The translations under genes were made by a program, and so were the position numbers. From Microbotryum violaceum (lineage: Eukaryota): DNA of 63,007 nt. Shown piece by piece: positions 39,339-54,000 of the stretch. The notes under the pieces were generated by a model. That model was not told where the DNA came from and did not search any database. It saw only the letters and a program-made list of their open reading frames with translations. Where the stretch lies: contig CDLV01000011.1 in assembly GCA_001244265.2 (NCBI GenBank), positions 1,674,001 through 1,737,007 on the forward strand, written 5' to 3'. Numbering within the stretch: position 1 is the stretch's first letter; every line of letters starts with the position of its first letter.

Positions 39339-40770
39339 ATGGACAACAACAACAACACCAACAACGCCAGCCATGCTGCTATCCCACCTCTTCGCCCTGA
39401 CCCTCCCGATCCTCCCGGCCAAGCCCCCGCCACCACCACCAAATCATACTCCGCCGCGGTCGGCGCCCGCTCCGCTGCGAAGCACGGAAACGCCACCGCC
39501 AACGCCTCGACTGCCGTCGCCGCCCATCCACTGATGCACAACATCGAGAATTGTGTCATCATCAACACCCCACCCTCAACCTCGGTCGAGCAAGTCCTCC
39601 TCGCGCTTGACAAATACTACCCTGGCCTTACCGGCGCAATGCCATGCGTCATCAAGGGTCAGCGCGGCCTCCGCTTTCCCAAGGCCGCCGATCTCGACAC
39701 CCTGGTGGCCAACGGCCTCACTGTTGGCAAGACTCTGTGCAAAGTCGAGAAGCTGTACAGCTCTACTAAAGGAGGTGTTGTACAATGCCCCTTACGGGCT
39801 TTTTCTCCGACCCCGAGGGCCTCTGCCTATTCGATGAGCAGATCGCTGCCTATGGCACGGTCCTCCGTCGTCGCATCCAATACATTGGAAAGACGAAACA
39901 CATCTCTGGGGTGTACGACTTTATCCTTGCCCTTAAGGATGTAGATGTTTTGCCCCCTGCCTCACTTTCTATTGCTCGTGACGGTGTCACTGAGCGAATC
40001 CCACTGAGGATCACCGGTGGCATGCGCCACTGCGTCTTCTGCCGTTCCACGGCTCACGTCCGTAAGGATTGCCCCGTCGCCCCGGCGTGCAAGTCCTGCG
40101 CGAGCACCTCGCACGCCACCCAGCACTGCCCGGCCCGTCATGCGTCGAGCCCCCAGGGACCCCCCACGTCACGTGCCCCGCAAGCCTCCACCGTTACCAC
40201 CGCCGCCCCCGCCGCCGTGTCCAAGTCGATCTCCCCGGCCTCCGCCCACGACCGCACGACCAAAAAACGTCGAGTGGAACAGGATCTGGCTGCCCAGACT
40301 GAAGATCTGTCCAACAGAGCTCAGCCCGATTCTCTGTCGAAGAATGCCCGCCCCGAGTTCTCCTTCAATTTCCCTTGCAAAACTGCCACTCCTCCTGCCC
40401 CCGGCCTGCCTCCAATCAGGGAATTGCCTACTCCCTCGTTGAAAAATCCTCCGAGTCCCCCAGCTCAGAGATCACCTCTCCATCCCCAAGCCCTCCTCCG
40501 GCCACGCCAAAGTCGATCATAACTCGATCCAAGTCGATTGCCGCCCTCTCCAAGCCAGCCACTCGTGAAGCCCCTCCCACTGCGCCTGCCCTCGAAGCCT
40601 CCGAGCCGAGCCCCGAGCCGTCTTTGCCCACGCCGTTGCCCTCAGCCGCGCCCAAAGCCCGACCCGATGACGCCGACACCGACGATGAGGCCGACGAAGA
40701 AGCCGAAGACCAAGAAGCACCTCCTAAGGACGTGGAAGCCGCTATGGACCAAGATGATGAGCACAACTAA
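39339..40770 (+). pseudogene. LINE ORF1 (gag-like, two CCHC knuckles), frameshifted
   Basis: CVFCRSTAHVRKDC and CKSCASTSHATQHC. Confidence 0.85.
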
Positions 40771-43700
40771 AATCCCAAACGTGTCTTTTGTTGCTGCCAA
40801 CGTGCAGTCAATCAATGAAGACCGTAAGCGTGCCTCTCTTTTCTCCAATCTCCGCTCCCATAACGCCGACGTCTTTCTCCTGAGCGAAACTGGCCGACCT
40901 TCCCCGAAAGGGTGGCCCAGTGGACTCAGGAGTGCCAAGACTTAAAGCTCTCCGCTCTTTTCACTCCTTTCAACAACACTGCCATACTTTGGAAGAGCGA
41001 CTCCGTGGTCATTACTTTTGATCCCGAGTCGCCTCCAAACACTCTTCGTGCCTCTTTCTCTTTCCCGGACCGAGTCACCGACGCCACCTTTTGAGTGGGT
41101 GATTCAAAAGTCCGGGTTGTATCAATATACGCGCCTTCCTCCGACAAGCCAGACAAAAAACGCTTCCTCTCACACCTCAGCACCGCCCTCCGACAAGTTG
41201 TACGTGATGAACCCTCGCCGCCTGCGCTCCTAGTCGGGGGGACTGGAATTGTGTTGAGTCCCAGCCCCTCGATTCGGAGAACCAAAACGGAACGAATCAT
41301 GGGGGTCAGGAGATGCGCGACCTTGCCACGGCCAACAACCTTTTTGACGCCTATCGGCTCCATCATCCCAAAGGACGAGCCACGACGAATCGCTCAGCGC
41401 CCGGCACGTGCCGTCGCCTTGACCGCATCTATGTCTCGCCTGTTTGGGTCGACCTCTTCCATGATCACAAAATTTGGGCTCCTGTCCTCAAATTGACGCA
41501 CTCAATGGTTGTGGCACGGTTCCAAGTGCCGGGCGCAATCGACATCGGTCCGGGCAAATTCAAGCTGGGTTTGCACGTGATCGAGGGCGACGCGACCTGC
41601 GAGTACCTCACCTCCATTGTCCGCACCCTTTACAACAAAGCCCTCCTCCAGACGCTCAACGATCCACCAGCAGCTTGGACGTCCACCAAACACCGCCTGC
41701 TGCCCGAGCTGCAGGCTCTGGCCCGGACTTTCGCTCGGTTCCGTCGTGGCGGGTCGGAGCAAGAGAGGGCTGACCACTCGCGCTACGGCGCGGCCCTGCG
41801 GTCCCGCCTCGACCCATCTCTGGCGGGTCCCTCTTCCATCTTCATCCGCCTGCGCAAAGTGCGAGCATCCGACCTGATCCCTTCGCTCACGGTCAACGAT
41901 GTTGTTCATTCCGACCCTGATTCGATGCTTGGAGCGGCCGGCGACTACTTCGAGCGGGTCTATGAGGACCGCCCCATCGATGACGCGGTCCTGAAGGCGA
42001 TCATCGACGGCCTCGCTTCAACTCGCCTCTCCCCGCGGACTCACTCAAGCTCGAGGAAGCGTACCCGTTGGAGGAGATGACAAAGGCTCAAGAGGCGTTC
42101 CTCTGCGCCGTTGGCCTCGGCCCCAAAGCCCGCCAATGGTACCGAGCGACCTACACCAACCAACCTGCCTCGATCTTCCTCAACGGTTGGCTCTCTGCCA
42201 CTTTCGACATCCTGTCGGGCGTTCGGCAAGGTGATCCTTTGGGTCCGTCTCTCTTCGTCCTGGCGATCGAAGGTTTTGCCTGTCAGATTCGATTGAGAGT
42301 CAAGGGCATCGATATTGCGGGCCTCCAAAACGTTCGCGAACTCCTTTTTGCCGACGACGCTTGCTGCGCACTCCACAACCTCTCGGACCTCGACCACCTC
42401 AATCGGGCGATCGAGCTTTACGAACGGGCAAGTGCCAGCAAGCTCAGCAACGTCATATCTTTCCTCTACCCCCTTGGAGCTTTTCGGGATCGGTCGATCG
42501 CCCCAGATCTCGGGACCTGGCGTCTCAGTGATTCGCAGTTTCGCTACCTTGGTATTCAGGTCGGGGTGGAGATCGCCGAGGATGCGGGCTGGGAAGATGT
42601 CAAGGCCTCGACCATTGCTCGGATACGCTCAGTTCCGATGTACGATCTCCCGTATGCAGCCAAGTGTTCGATCATCAACATCTACTGCTACACAAAGATC
42701 TTGTACTACAGCCAATTCCTTCCCGCCCCCAAGAGCGTTGTCAAGGAGATCGAGGAGGCCGCCATGCTCGCCATTCACGGTCGAGCTTCGGATGGTACTC
42801 AGCGACGTCCGAAGGTCTCCCGGTCGCGCCTCTGCACCCCTCTTGATCACGGCGGGTTCGTTTTGATTGATCTGCCTCGGCGTCTAGCAATAGATCACGC
42901 GAAGTGGGTCTTCCAGCTCCGGGCCCCGGACGGCTGCTTCACACGCCACCTCTTCGACATCCGCATCCGCCTCCAGGCACCAAACGAACCAACCCCTTTC
43001 ACCTTGTCCAGACCGGCCCCCAACCAGCATCGTTGCCCTTGGATTTGGATCTGGTGGGCTTACTTTTGCCATCCTCCCCAAAGTGGGACCATGCGGTGAG
43101 AAAAACGACAAAACTTCTTCCTGCTCGTTGGGTCCGATACTTCGAAGCCTGGGCGTTGGTGACCACGCTCAACCCCCGGAACTCTCCAAGAGCCAGAACC
43201 TCGAGCAATGGGCGACGCACGTACTCTACTTCCCAGCGGGCCACGGAATACAACTCTCGGTAAACCCGACGCTTTTTCGAGGGCCCGATGGCGAGGTGAT
43301 GACCCCGTCTTCGTTTGTGAACGCGTTCAAACGACACCAAGTCTTTATCTTCCCCCTTATCTTCCCCAAGGGACACCAGAAGGTATTCGATCTGCCTGAG
43401 CAACGCTGGAACGCTTGGTGGAAGGCTTTGCGCAAGGTTTGCCGGGTTCACTCGGACGCCCAGGATACCGGCCACCTTCTCTCCCTGGGGTCCCTCCATC
43501 CGGGAAGCCAAGTCGCCTCCCCAACCAGCCCACATCCCAACAATCGATCTACCTCCTGTGTGATGTGCCTCTCGGAAGCACCCGAGTGCCTGGTTCACCT
43601 CGCGGTCGGCTGCCCATTTGCCCGGCGCCTCTGGTCTGCTCTGTCCCCAACCCCCCACCCAGTCTTTGTGGACTTTGTATGCCCGGTCGTGTCTCGCTCG

Positions 43701-43863
43701 GAACGTCAACTTGTCGAAATACGAGTCCTCTTCTTTCACTCGATCTGGAAGCTCTGTCGCCGTCGTCGATTCTCGTCGGATCTTTTGGAACCGATCACCG
43801 AAACGGAGTTCGAGGGGCTTTGAGCCTCTATCCAGGTCCAAGGGTCGCCTAGTGTCTCTGTAA
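40755..43863 (+). pseudogene. LINE ORF2 (APE endonuclease, partial RT, zinc finger)
   Basis: ANVQSI, LSET, SIYAP, RLDRIY; GVRQGDPLGP, LFADD, YLGI; CVMC..HLAVGC; RT domains 1-3 missing near 42085. Confidence 0.9.
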
Positions 43864-44810
43864 AACACCAAAGGGGTTTTAGTGGGTATGGTTGATCCCG
43901 GTTCAGGGTCAATGAGTCCTACACTACTGGCTTCTGCCAGTGTGCGTAACAGCATTCCCTCCGACTTTTCCGAAGATTTCTAGGTATTAATATAATTATG
44001 CTGTTAATGAAGTCTATCAAATAAAAAAACCGAAGCTTGACCCATCTACCCCGGTAGTAAGGTGCAATGTTCACTTACAAATGGTGCATTCTTCGCGTAA
44101 GTTGGTGCGTTTGCTCAGGAAGAAAGGTGCGTTTACCAATTAAGGATGGTGCATTTACCTGACGTAGCTGGGCAATTCGCTGTATCTCGTGTAGTATGCC
44201 ATGTATCACTTTGAAACTTGACGAGCCCTTTTACATGACCACCAAATACGTCCACACTTGGTAAGACGCACTCTCACCCGGACCTCATGTAGTTGAAGAT
44301 CGTGCCTGTAACCCAACCCCAAGGGTCCGCATTAGATCTGATCTGATCTGATTTGATGGGGGTCAGATCAAGTTCAGATCAACCAAGCCTCGAGGAAAAG
44401 AATCCAAAGTAGGCGGTACCTGGATGCTGTCATTGTGATTTGAAGTGCCAACTGCGCCCACCTGATCACTGCATGAGAGAGAATGCAGCGCGCCATCTGC
44501 CATCTGCCATCGCCGCCACATTGGGTGTCGGCCCCGCGCCACAGAAATACTACAGGGTGTGGTCCTCCTCTGATGCGCCTTCGTTGCAGTGTCAGGTGCT
44601 GACTCATTGCAAACACTTTCTCATAGGGATCATGTGACCCAATCCAGTCATAGGAGCGGGGAGCTCCTCCAAAACAACACCGACCGTTACTTCTTCGGGT
44701 GTTTCGACTCGCGGAACGTCTGGATCGCGACGAGGGGCGTGCTCTGCAACGCACTGGGGTGTGACACGATCGATGACGCCGACTACACGACACTGAAACG
44801 ACTCCTCTTT

Positions 44811-45001
44811 TGTCAAAAGGGTATTACTGTTTCCTCCCACTTAGAATAGATTAGTATCTAGTTGTTGATATTAGCCGCGCGCCTCTAGCCTGCCTAGTGC
44901 GCGCGCACTTGGCTCTTCTCTCTCTTCTCGAACTATCTTTACTACCACCTTCGGCTCGCGTACTTACGTACCTCGTGCCTCGGGCCTCAGATGTGCTAAA
45001 A
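44811..45001 (+). mobile_element. Solo LTR of the copia element
   Basis: 191 bp matching 24882-25072, flanked by the same TCTTT TSD within the same LINE fragment. Confidence 0.94.
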
Positions 45002-46043
45002 TCTTTGGCCTCCCCAAGCTCAAGGCCAAACTCAGCGATCAGGAAGGGGCGGGCAGGACAATCAAGATTTTCACGGGGATGGGCTTGGAGATGATCAGCA
45101 GTGGGAGAGGGAGGATGCAGAAGCACGGGACGAGGATGGAAAGCGTGGAGAGGAAAAGGGTGGTACTGGAGGAGGGGATGAGTTGAGGGCGGGAGGAGCA
45201 AGAGGCGGGCGAGGGCAGTAGAGGCTGGGTATACTACGTTTGCTTCAAAACTGCGTTTCTAAAATCTTTGGCTCGGGTGGAACCCGAACCTGACTAGTCC
45301 ATCGCTCCTTTATCAACAGCACCAAGCTACAAAAGCGGTGGAGAGACAGGGAAGGTCAAAGGCACACTCTTCTCGAGAAGCGCCGCAACGCCTCCAAAGT
45401 TGAACAAGAGGCATCCGCCGCCGAGCGATGTAAGCCTCGTCCTAACAGGTCCCGTGTTCGCCGGTGATCCCGTTTTCGACGGTGACTGACTGACTTCCCC
45501 TGTTGATGCGGACTTGTGTGCAACGGTATCTTAACCTCACAAACCAAACAAACCTGAAGCGAGCGCGTTGGAAAAGACCCCAAGCGGGTTATGTACGGCC
45601 ACTTCGGCGCGCCCGAGGACGAGGAAAAGAAGAAGCAAGGCACGGTGGGTGGCGCCATCGCCAACGGGAATGCGAATGCGGATTGACATGGGTGAAGGCA
45701 CTGGAGGACCGGGTAATCGGCCATCGTGTTCTGCGTTCTGATCAGCCTCCCATGTTGAGCGTGGTTGTGTCGTTTGGACGGGCATATAGACTTTGGAAAA
45801 ATTGCCGAAACGACTGAGGAAGTGAAGGGAGATCGCCCGCGTCGTCCTTGTCGTCATTGCATGCATGACGGGAGAGATTATGTACCTTGAGATGAACAGC
45901 CAAAAAGGAAAACTGTGCATGGGTGTTGTTATGGCATGAACGGCTTGTTGTGATGTATAAAAGATGTCCACGTTGACAAAGGCATACGGTATAGCAAGGA
46001 TGTTTCCGGTGGTCTGGCCGGAGTATGGCGCGCTCCTCTAATT

Positions 46044-46869
46044 TCAATTGTTCTTGATGGTAAAGGAGTGAGTATGTTTCCCGGATACTCCCTGATCTTG
46101 GGTGTAGCTGGTTCGTGAGACGCCGAAGTAAATGAAGCTGTGGGGACAGACAAGCTGTCGGTTGATCAAGCCTCGAGAGAAAAGGAAGGTGCAGTCACGG
46201 TGGAGGCACATACGCCGAGACATTTGCATTTGCTCCTTCTTCACCGTTAAGGACATACCAGGGTATGTCATTTGGGATCGTGGTAGTGGTGCCTCCAGTG
46301 TTGAGCGGGATGTCGCGATCGATAAACCCTATAGAATTGAGTCAACCTCAAGATCAAGTTAGCATCAAGTTTAGACATTGGGGTCTTCCTGTGGTCAGGG
46401 TCGCAGTAGCCTTTCGATCTTTTCTGGGAGGCATCTGAAGGAGCTCACTACTTTCCTCTACCTCACTCCCACGGCATGTTAACCAAAGATCAGCTTTTTC
46501 AGGGGAGTGGGTCGGCTTCCACCTGTAAGTGACCTTGTCGCCGGGGCGGTATGTCTCGCCTCCCCGAGGATAGACGATGGCGGGAGGGGTGAGAAGGGGG
46601 AAACGCGGGCGCGGAAGCCAACGGGGCCTTAGAGCGAGAGGGGCGACATGAGAGACGTCTCTGGTCAACGTCGAGGGGTGACGAAAGTCGGGGGTGTGTG
46701 AACCGGAGATGTTCTGCTTCGTGAAATCGGCGACTGCTTCGCTGCCAGGGGCCGGGTCGAAACTCCGGCCGTTGTCGAGCGCCTTCAGGGGCGGGGCGGT
46801 GAGGGGAGAACACGTTGCCAAACTCGCTACGAGAGTGAGTGCGGCCAAATGCGACCACAAGAGCAGCAT
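46044..46869 (-). CDS. Second copy of the predicted secreted protein
   Basis: Mirror of 17143-17968, frame and splice sites retained, ~12 amino-acid differences. Confidence 0.72.
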
Positions 46870-47549
46870 GGTACGAGGCGTAGGTTCTTCACGGATGAGG
46901 TCGGATAGCAACGACTAACAAAGGGCGACTTTGATGGATGATACAAGCAAAAGGACAAGAGGCGTAACGATCCTCCGAGTCGACTCCGGTGTCAGGAGGA
47001 GATTTTCGTAACTGCCCGTTCTGTGCTCCGCGTGCGCCTTTCTCGCACGACCCGCACCGCTCTCCTCGCGTTGCGGTGTGACCCTTTCCCATGACGTCTC
47101 CTACGCTATGCGCTCGTCCCTCGGACTCTCGACTCGCTCTCGTCTCTCGGACTTTCGTTTTAACACCTCTCCTGGTTTTTACCGCCTCCTCTGACCTAAC
47201 TCCTCAGTTTCATAGCTGATAACTTCTCTCTCCTTTCTCTGCAACTCAACTTCCGTCCAAGGTCACATCCCAACTCTCCCCCTCGTCCTCGTCTCTCTTG
47301 AGAAGTACCTAGAACATGTCTCGACTCGTCTCGACCCTCTTCGTAGGGTCACCCCTCCTATCTTTGTCACACGCGGAAACATGAAAATTGAACGCCAACA
47401 CGCGCACCTGAGGGGTTCGATCGTTTCAGACGTTGAAAATTGTACCAACCAGTGGGAACCCGTTAAATTAACGGGAGGATGAAAATTAAATAGCAGAATC
47501 GTGATCTCAGTTGAAGGTAAAACACACAATACAAAGGACAGCTTCAAAA

Positions 47550-50500
47550 CTATTTCCCATTCATTGCTCTGAGAACAGAGCGGAATACTGGGTTTGGGGT
47601 CGCGGTGGCTGCGGCTGCCGCTCGATCAACGGCTTGTAGGTCGTTGTCATCATCGGCGGGGTCGCAAGAGGGCAGTAGCACCTTGATTCGATCAACACTC
47701 ATGGCTCGAGACAATGCCACATACAGCTGCCCATGAGTGAAGACGGGATGTAGGGAGAGATCGACGCCAACACGATCGAGTGATTGACCTTGGGCTTTGT
47801 TGATCGTCATGGCCAAGGCAACGCGAAGCGGGAATTGGAGCCGGCGCATAGTGAAACCAAGTTGGCGACTGCCAGTCGCATTTGTCTCAAGTCGCACGCG
47901 AGGGATGAAGACCGTGGTGCCCGCTCGATCTCCGGTCAAGATGATGGCTTGAATGACTCTCGATTTTGCGTGCGACACGATCAGGCGGGTACCGTTGCAG
48001 AGGCCCGCGTCTGGGTCCAAATTGCGAAGAAGAACGACGGGGATCCCTTCCTTGAGACGCAAGTGATGCGCGGGGAAGTTGGATGGGTTGATTGAATGTA
48101 GATACTCTGGCGAAATCAGTTCCGGCGCCATTCCACCCCCAGTTTCGCCTGCCTCAACGACCTCGTCCGCGCTGCGATACTCGATGTAGTCGCCATTGAA
48201 CTCTTCCAGCAGCTTGGCATTGATGCGATCGACCGTTGCATTATGCGGAGCTAGGATTGCCTGACGTGAGAACAGCTGAATCAGGTCTTCGAGGGACTCC
48301 TTGTTCACGGTGCTTAAACCGGGGTAGACAAAGTTGATCAACCTTCGGCCGTTCTTTGACCGTCCGGAAGCAGCAGGTAATCAGGCAGCTGCGAAACGGA
48401 TAGAAGGGGTCTTAGTGTCGGTTGGTTGGGTAAAAGAGGGGAGCCAAACGTACTGCAATCTTGTCGTATGGGTGCATGTTGGCAGTTCCATCTCCCACGG
48501 TGAGTAGCCATTCCGCAAAGTCGCGCGTTCGAGCCAATTGAGCCTCGTCCATCGCATCAGCGTTCGAGCTGAGACGCATGTTCTCGGTAAGTCGCAAGAC
48601 ACGAACGTCGCGCCAGAAGTCTGCCTTGATGAGGGATGCATCGACGATTTGACCGGGAGTTCCTTTGGGAACGACAGGAAGGCACTGGCGAAAGTCCCCT
48701 ACAAATTGGAAACCTCGTTAGCATGCCGCTGTTCAGAGCGGAGGCGGAAGAGCCCAACTGACCCGCAAAGATCATTGTCACCCCGCCGAAGTGCTCCTCG
48801 GTCTCTCGGAGATCACGCAGTAAACGGTCGACAGCTTCCACCGCGAAGCGATGCGCCATTGGGGCTTCATCCCAAATGATGAGCTTGGTGGTACGCAGCA
48901 TCAGCGCGAGATTACTCTCCCTGTCGACTGGACACGTTGAGGTTGGCAAGGTGTCGAGTGGGATTCGAAAAGTTGAATGCGCCGTGTGTCCTCCCTTGAG
49001 AAGCAACGCCGCTACTCCGGACGACGCCACCGCAATCGCTTGGTCGCCTCGAGCTCGCACAGTATCGAGAAGGGCATTTTCCACAAAAGTCTTGCCAGTA
49101 CCCCAGGCGCTAGCAGGAAAAACACATGCTGCGGCCCAAGGTTGTTGTCGCGCATCTGATCGACGACATCGAGCTCGACCGCGCAAAGACACTCGTCAAA
49201 TGCAATTCGTTGGTCGTGGTTCAGACGGGCATGCGCCGCTTCGGCATCTTGCGCGCATTGCTGGCCATCAAAACGGGGAAGCCGTTCCTCGAGACGATCA
49301 AACAGCCGCACTTCGTCCTCGGTCAGCTCGGGAAGATCAAAGAAGGCCAAAGCTCGATCGTTTGCCGCAAGGAGGAGACCAATCTTGTTGAGGGTCCACA
49401 GGCGGATGGTTTGATTGTTGATGGGCACGTCTTCATAGCGTTCGATGTGATAACGGGCATCGTCGCTAAGAGAAGCAAAGTGACGATCCAGCAAAGCTCG
49501 TGTGTTGGCAACCGTCGCATGGATGAGTATGAACACGAATAATCGGCGTAGTTGGTCACCGGTTTCAATATGTGCAGCTTCCCTGAGACAGATGTGATGC
49601 TCGCCATCGTCGGCGAGAAGTCCGCGAGCGGCGCAAGCGGCGCGATAGGAAGGATCACGACGTCTTCGAACATGAGCAGGTCCGCAAACGATGTCGGGCC
49701 CATGACGACCTCGAGGAGCAGTCTGAGGTAAAAGCGCTCCCCACTACGCAGTGGGACGGTGTAGATTCGTCCAATGACATTGCGATCATGGACTCGGCGT
49801 TTCCAGCGCAACTTCTCCTTATTCCAGGAGTAGTAGCGCGGCACATTCGTGTAGAGCAACGTGGTAGTGAGCTCGCCGTCGGGAGCTGCAGCGCACAGGT
49901 CGAAGAAGCCAGTCAGTTTGGAGCGAGTGGGCGGAGTGTCGAGGGGCAGCGGTTCATTGGGATTGATCTGCACAGATTGTTGATTCTCCAGATGGACCGG
50001 TAGTCGATTGACGGGTGGTCACACTCTACCGACCGAGAATCCGAATAGGCGGTGGACCGCTTCTGGAGCACTGATGTAGCGACCTTCGACGAACTCGTTG
50101 ATCTCATCTCGAACCGGTTCGTCCTCGCGAGCCCCTTCACCGTTCGCTGCACGCTCAACACGCGCCACAGCTCGATCCGGACCTTTGTACACATACTTGA
50201 AGAGGTACTTGATCGCGCCGATCGTTGTCACAGCCTCCACATTGATATGCGCATTGTACTTGGCGCAGAGATAAGGCGAGTACGGCACGTAGTCACCATC
50301 GTTGTAGATAACACCCCCCTTGACAACGGCGTGGCGAAAGCGTCGGCGATACAACGGGTAGCCTTCAGGGTGCATGCGGGTATGGGGGTTCTGTTCGCTG
50401 GGAAAATGGCGCTTGCACCTCGGATTACCGTACTTGTCCTTCTCCATGCAGGGCTGAGTCGAGTTTCCGCCACACTTGCCATGCAGCATGTGCTTTGTGA

Positions 50501-51051
50501 CGGTCTCGTGGAGATCAGGATAGCGCGAAGGATCGGGTATCTCGGCCGAGATCATCTTGTCGATCGCTTCCGTCGACAAAGGATGATCGTCCGGCGCGAG
50601 GGTGATGAGGATATGGGCATGTGGCAGGCCCCGCTTCTGATACTCAATCACATGTGTATGCGTCAGAACCACGCCAAAACAGCCTGCACGTTGCTTGTTG
50701 CCAAAAACGTCGTCGCAGAGTCGGTTCAGCTTGGCTTCAAACACTCGTGCAATGAGATCCGGACGGTTGCATGCTTTGTCGTTCGGCCCCAGTGCAGCCT
50801 TGGTTTGCGGTGATTCAGGAACGCACGTCATCGTGATGAGCAGCGGAGGCTTTCCATGTTTGACAACGCACGCCATCGCATCCAGGTATCGCTGCATGAT
50901 GTCGCGCGGTCTATTCTTGAACATCGAGCCCAAAGTCATCGAGCGTCCAATTTGGTCCGGGGTTAAGCCGTTGATGCCTTGGGTCGTGGTGAGTCGTAGG
51001 TTTTCTTAATGCAACTGGATGTAGTTTAGTCGATCGGCCTCAGCCTGGGAG
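47550..51051 (-). pseudogene. Helitron RepHel C-terminal part, mirror copy
   Basis: Same Rep and Pif1 motifs; additional frameshifts ~49655 and ~48342. Confidence 0.93.
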
Positions 51052-51058
51052 TATCTTT

Positions 51059-54000
51059 TTTTTTTGTAGAACTTGTTCATCATATTGCCCCCAATCCTGT
51101 TCCCCCTGATTGGCCTACGGAAAAACTAGATGGAAGTCGACGATGATAACACAAACCGCCCGCAAGATGCGAGAAACGGGCCGGTGTCCACCAATCCGAT
51201 ACTTGGGATTCAAGTGCCCCAGCCAAGCGGTTGCTCCCCCCCAGGAGACGAATGAGAGAGAGAAGGAGAGAGAGAGAGAAAGAGAAAGGAGTAATAAAAC
51301 AATTTACTAAGCGACAAGAGGCCCACCCCGCCGTCACTTCCCAACTCGGTCGAGACAAAGACAGGAGATCGACTGCGCAACTACCCTGACCCGCGAAGTC
51401 CTAAGTCTATGCTCGGTCACAACAAGACGCGGTGGAGGCCCCTCAAAACCTCCACCTCAGCAGTCCCTGGCCCCTCAAAGCCGACTTTCTGCCTGTGTCT
51501 GCTGATCCCTCCCTTGACTCATAACCCCGAAGCCAAAGAGCGCGAGTCACCGTCGAGTCATTCTCAAATCGCGAGCCGGTCCATGAGCAACGAAGGCAGA
51601 CCTGTAATAGATGAAAGATGAAAGCAAGATATTTAGTATACAGTGTTTTGTTGGAAGATGAAGCGTGATGGTGTGTGTGTGTGGGGTGTGGTGGGGGGGA
51701 AATCGAACCCAGCCTCTACTGCCCTCGCCCGCCCCCTGCTCCTCCCGCCCTCAACTTCATCCTCTCCTCCAGTACCACTCTCCTCCTCTCCACGCTTTCC
51801 ATCCTCGTCCCGTGCTTCTGCATCCTCCATCTCCCACTGCTGATCATTTCCAAAACCATCCCCGTGAACATCTCGATCGTCCTGCCCGCCCCTTCCTGTT
51901 CGCTGAGCTTGGCCTTGAGCCTGGGGAGGCCAAAGAGCCGTTGCAGTGTCGTGTACTGGGCGTCCTCAATCGTGTCGCACCCGAGTGCGTCGCAGAGCAC
52001 GCCCCTTGCCGCGATCCAGACATTCCGCGAGTCAACGCAGCCGAAAAAGTAGTGGTCGGTGTCGTCCACCGGCGCTTCGCAGACGAGGCACGCGGGAGAA
52101 GTGTCGTGATTCTGTTGGTGTTGCAGCTTGCGCGTCGGGGTGAAGCGGAGAGTCAGCTTAAACCAAACTTCCCTCTCCCTCGCCGTCAGTGCCTTCGAGT
52201 TGACCGCCTTCCAAAAGCTCCTGAGGTCGTCCGGCTGCGGTGGTCCCTTGAGCCCGAGCGTGTTGGTAAAGGCCTTCGCGTTCAGGACCCGGCGGATGCG
52301 ACGGATGGTGTACGGTCGAGCCATGTTCACCAGCTTGTACTGGCTCGCCTGCTGTGGAAGCACCGGGTCCGGAAGGCGCTGCTCCATTGCGAAGCGGGCC
52401 ACGGGCTTGGGGAGAATCGCCTCGAGCGGTGCGCTGGTGCCGATCCGGGGAGGCACGTTGAGCCGTCCTGCGCCACTGCCACCGCCAAGGGCGTGTTCTT
52501 GTGTCGATCGACAGTGAACCGGTACCAGGCCGCGATTGCCAGTCGCTGCGGGAGCCCGCGTCGATCGTACTCGCTGTTGTCGCCGAGCACATCCGCCGGC
52601 GGCGTCCAAAGGTGAAACCCCCCACTCGCATACAACTCGCGCCGGTAGAGATCCGCCACCTTCGGGTAGCCCTGGAGACGAAGGTAGTCAGGTATATGAA
52701 CCGCGTCGATGGTCTGTCTCCCTCTGATGGGGGTGTGGAGGCTGCCGAGCAAGGTGCGAAGCGCGAGCAGGTTCGCGGTGGTCAAGGTCCTCGGGTTGAC
52801 CTGCGCGTCTTGCTGTTTCGGAACCCCCAATGCTGCTTGCCATCGGGGATGGAGGTCGCTGGGGATGGGAGTGGATGGATGTGGCCAGAGATCGGTGGCC
52901 AGGTCGAGGTCGGAATGAGCTCGCTGGAGTGCCGCGCGCGCAAGTCCTTGCCAGATCGCGCCCGAACCGCCGAGAAGAACGTCCCAGATCCGTGCCGCAA
53001 CCGCGTCCACGACGTCCTGCATCCTGATCACCCCGAGTCCCCCCTTGAGCTTGGCTGTGAACACGATATCTCTGCCGTAGCTGGTCCTGCCCTTGCCCCC
53101 ACGGACGAAACGACGAGCATGTCATCGAGCTTCTTGACGACTTCGGGCGGCGGGATGTCGGCTGCAAGGAAGTGCAGGATCTTGGGGATGGCGTACCGAT
53201 TGACGTAAAAGGCACGGATGTGGTGTGTGAGCCAGCGATGCTGAACCCCTTCCAGCGTCGCCTCGAGGCGTTCGATGAGATTCGCGTAGGCGAGTTCGGT
53301 GTCGCCGCTCGGGTCGAAGGGGAGGCCGATCCACTCGAGCGACTCGCCTGCGGCCTTGACGACGAGCGGGCGTTGCCCCGGGTCCCAGCGGCGTCCGATC
53401 GGTAGGACGACCGTCTTGTCCGTGTTGAGCCGGCCATTCGTTGCATGCCTCCAGTCGAGCGCCAGGTCATCGAGCAAGTTGAGTGACCCCAAGCCCGCGA
53501 CGGCGACTACAACGTCATCGGCAAAAGCAAGCGATGTAATGGCGCGGCTCTGTGGGTACGGATGAAGTGCAGGTATGGAGAGATTCAGCGCGATGTTTCG
53601 ACGGTGTAGAGCATCCAGAAACGGCTGAAACACGATGTCCCAGACCGACGACGACGCCGGGTCCCCTTGGCCGAGCCCACACGTCAGTCGTACCGGCGCC
53701 GTCAAGAACCCATTGATGATGTAGCGGGCCGAGGTCGAGTCACCCGAGTAGAGCATCCTCAGCACGCGAAGAAAGGTGGCAGGAGCGCCCAGAGCGTCAA
53801 AGATGGCAAAGATCCAGTCATGCTCGACGAGGTCGTAGGCGGACGATTGGTCAAGAGATAAGAGTGCGGCCGCGGGGAACTCGGTCCTGCGCGCGCCAAC
53901 TTCCTCGATCAGGAGACGAAGGTGTAGTGCAGCGTCAGCCGATCGGCGGTCCTTGACGAATCCGTGCTGCTGCGGCGGGAGGAGATCGGTAGAATCTGGT

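Larger units (their letters stand above)
39289..44029 (+). mobile_element. Arm-specific LINE with ORF1 and ORF2, internally deleted
   Basis: TSD CCGA (39285-39288, 44030-44033); A-tail; absent from the other U copies. Confidence 0.93.
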
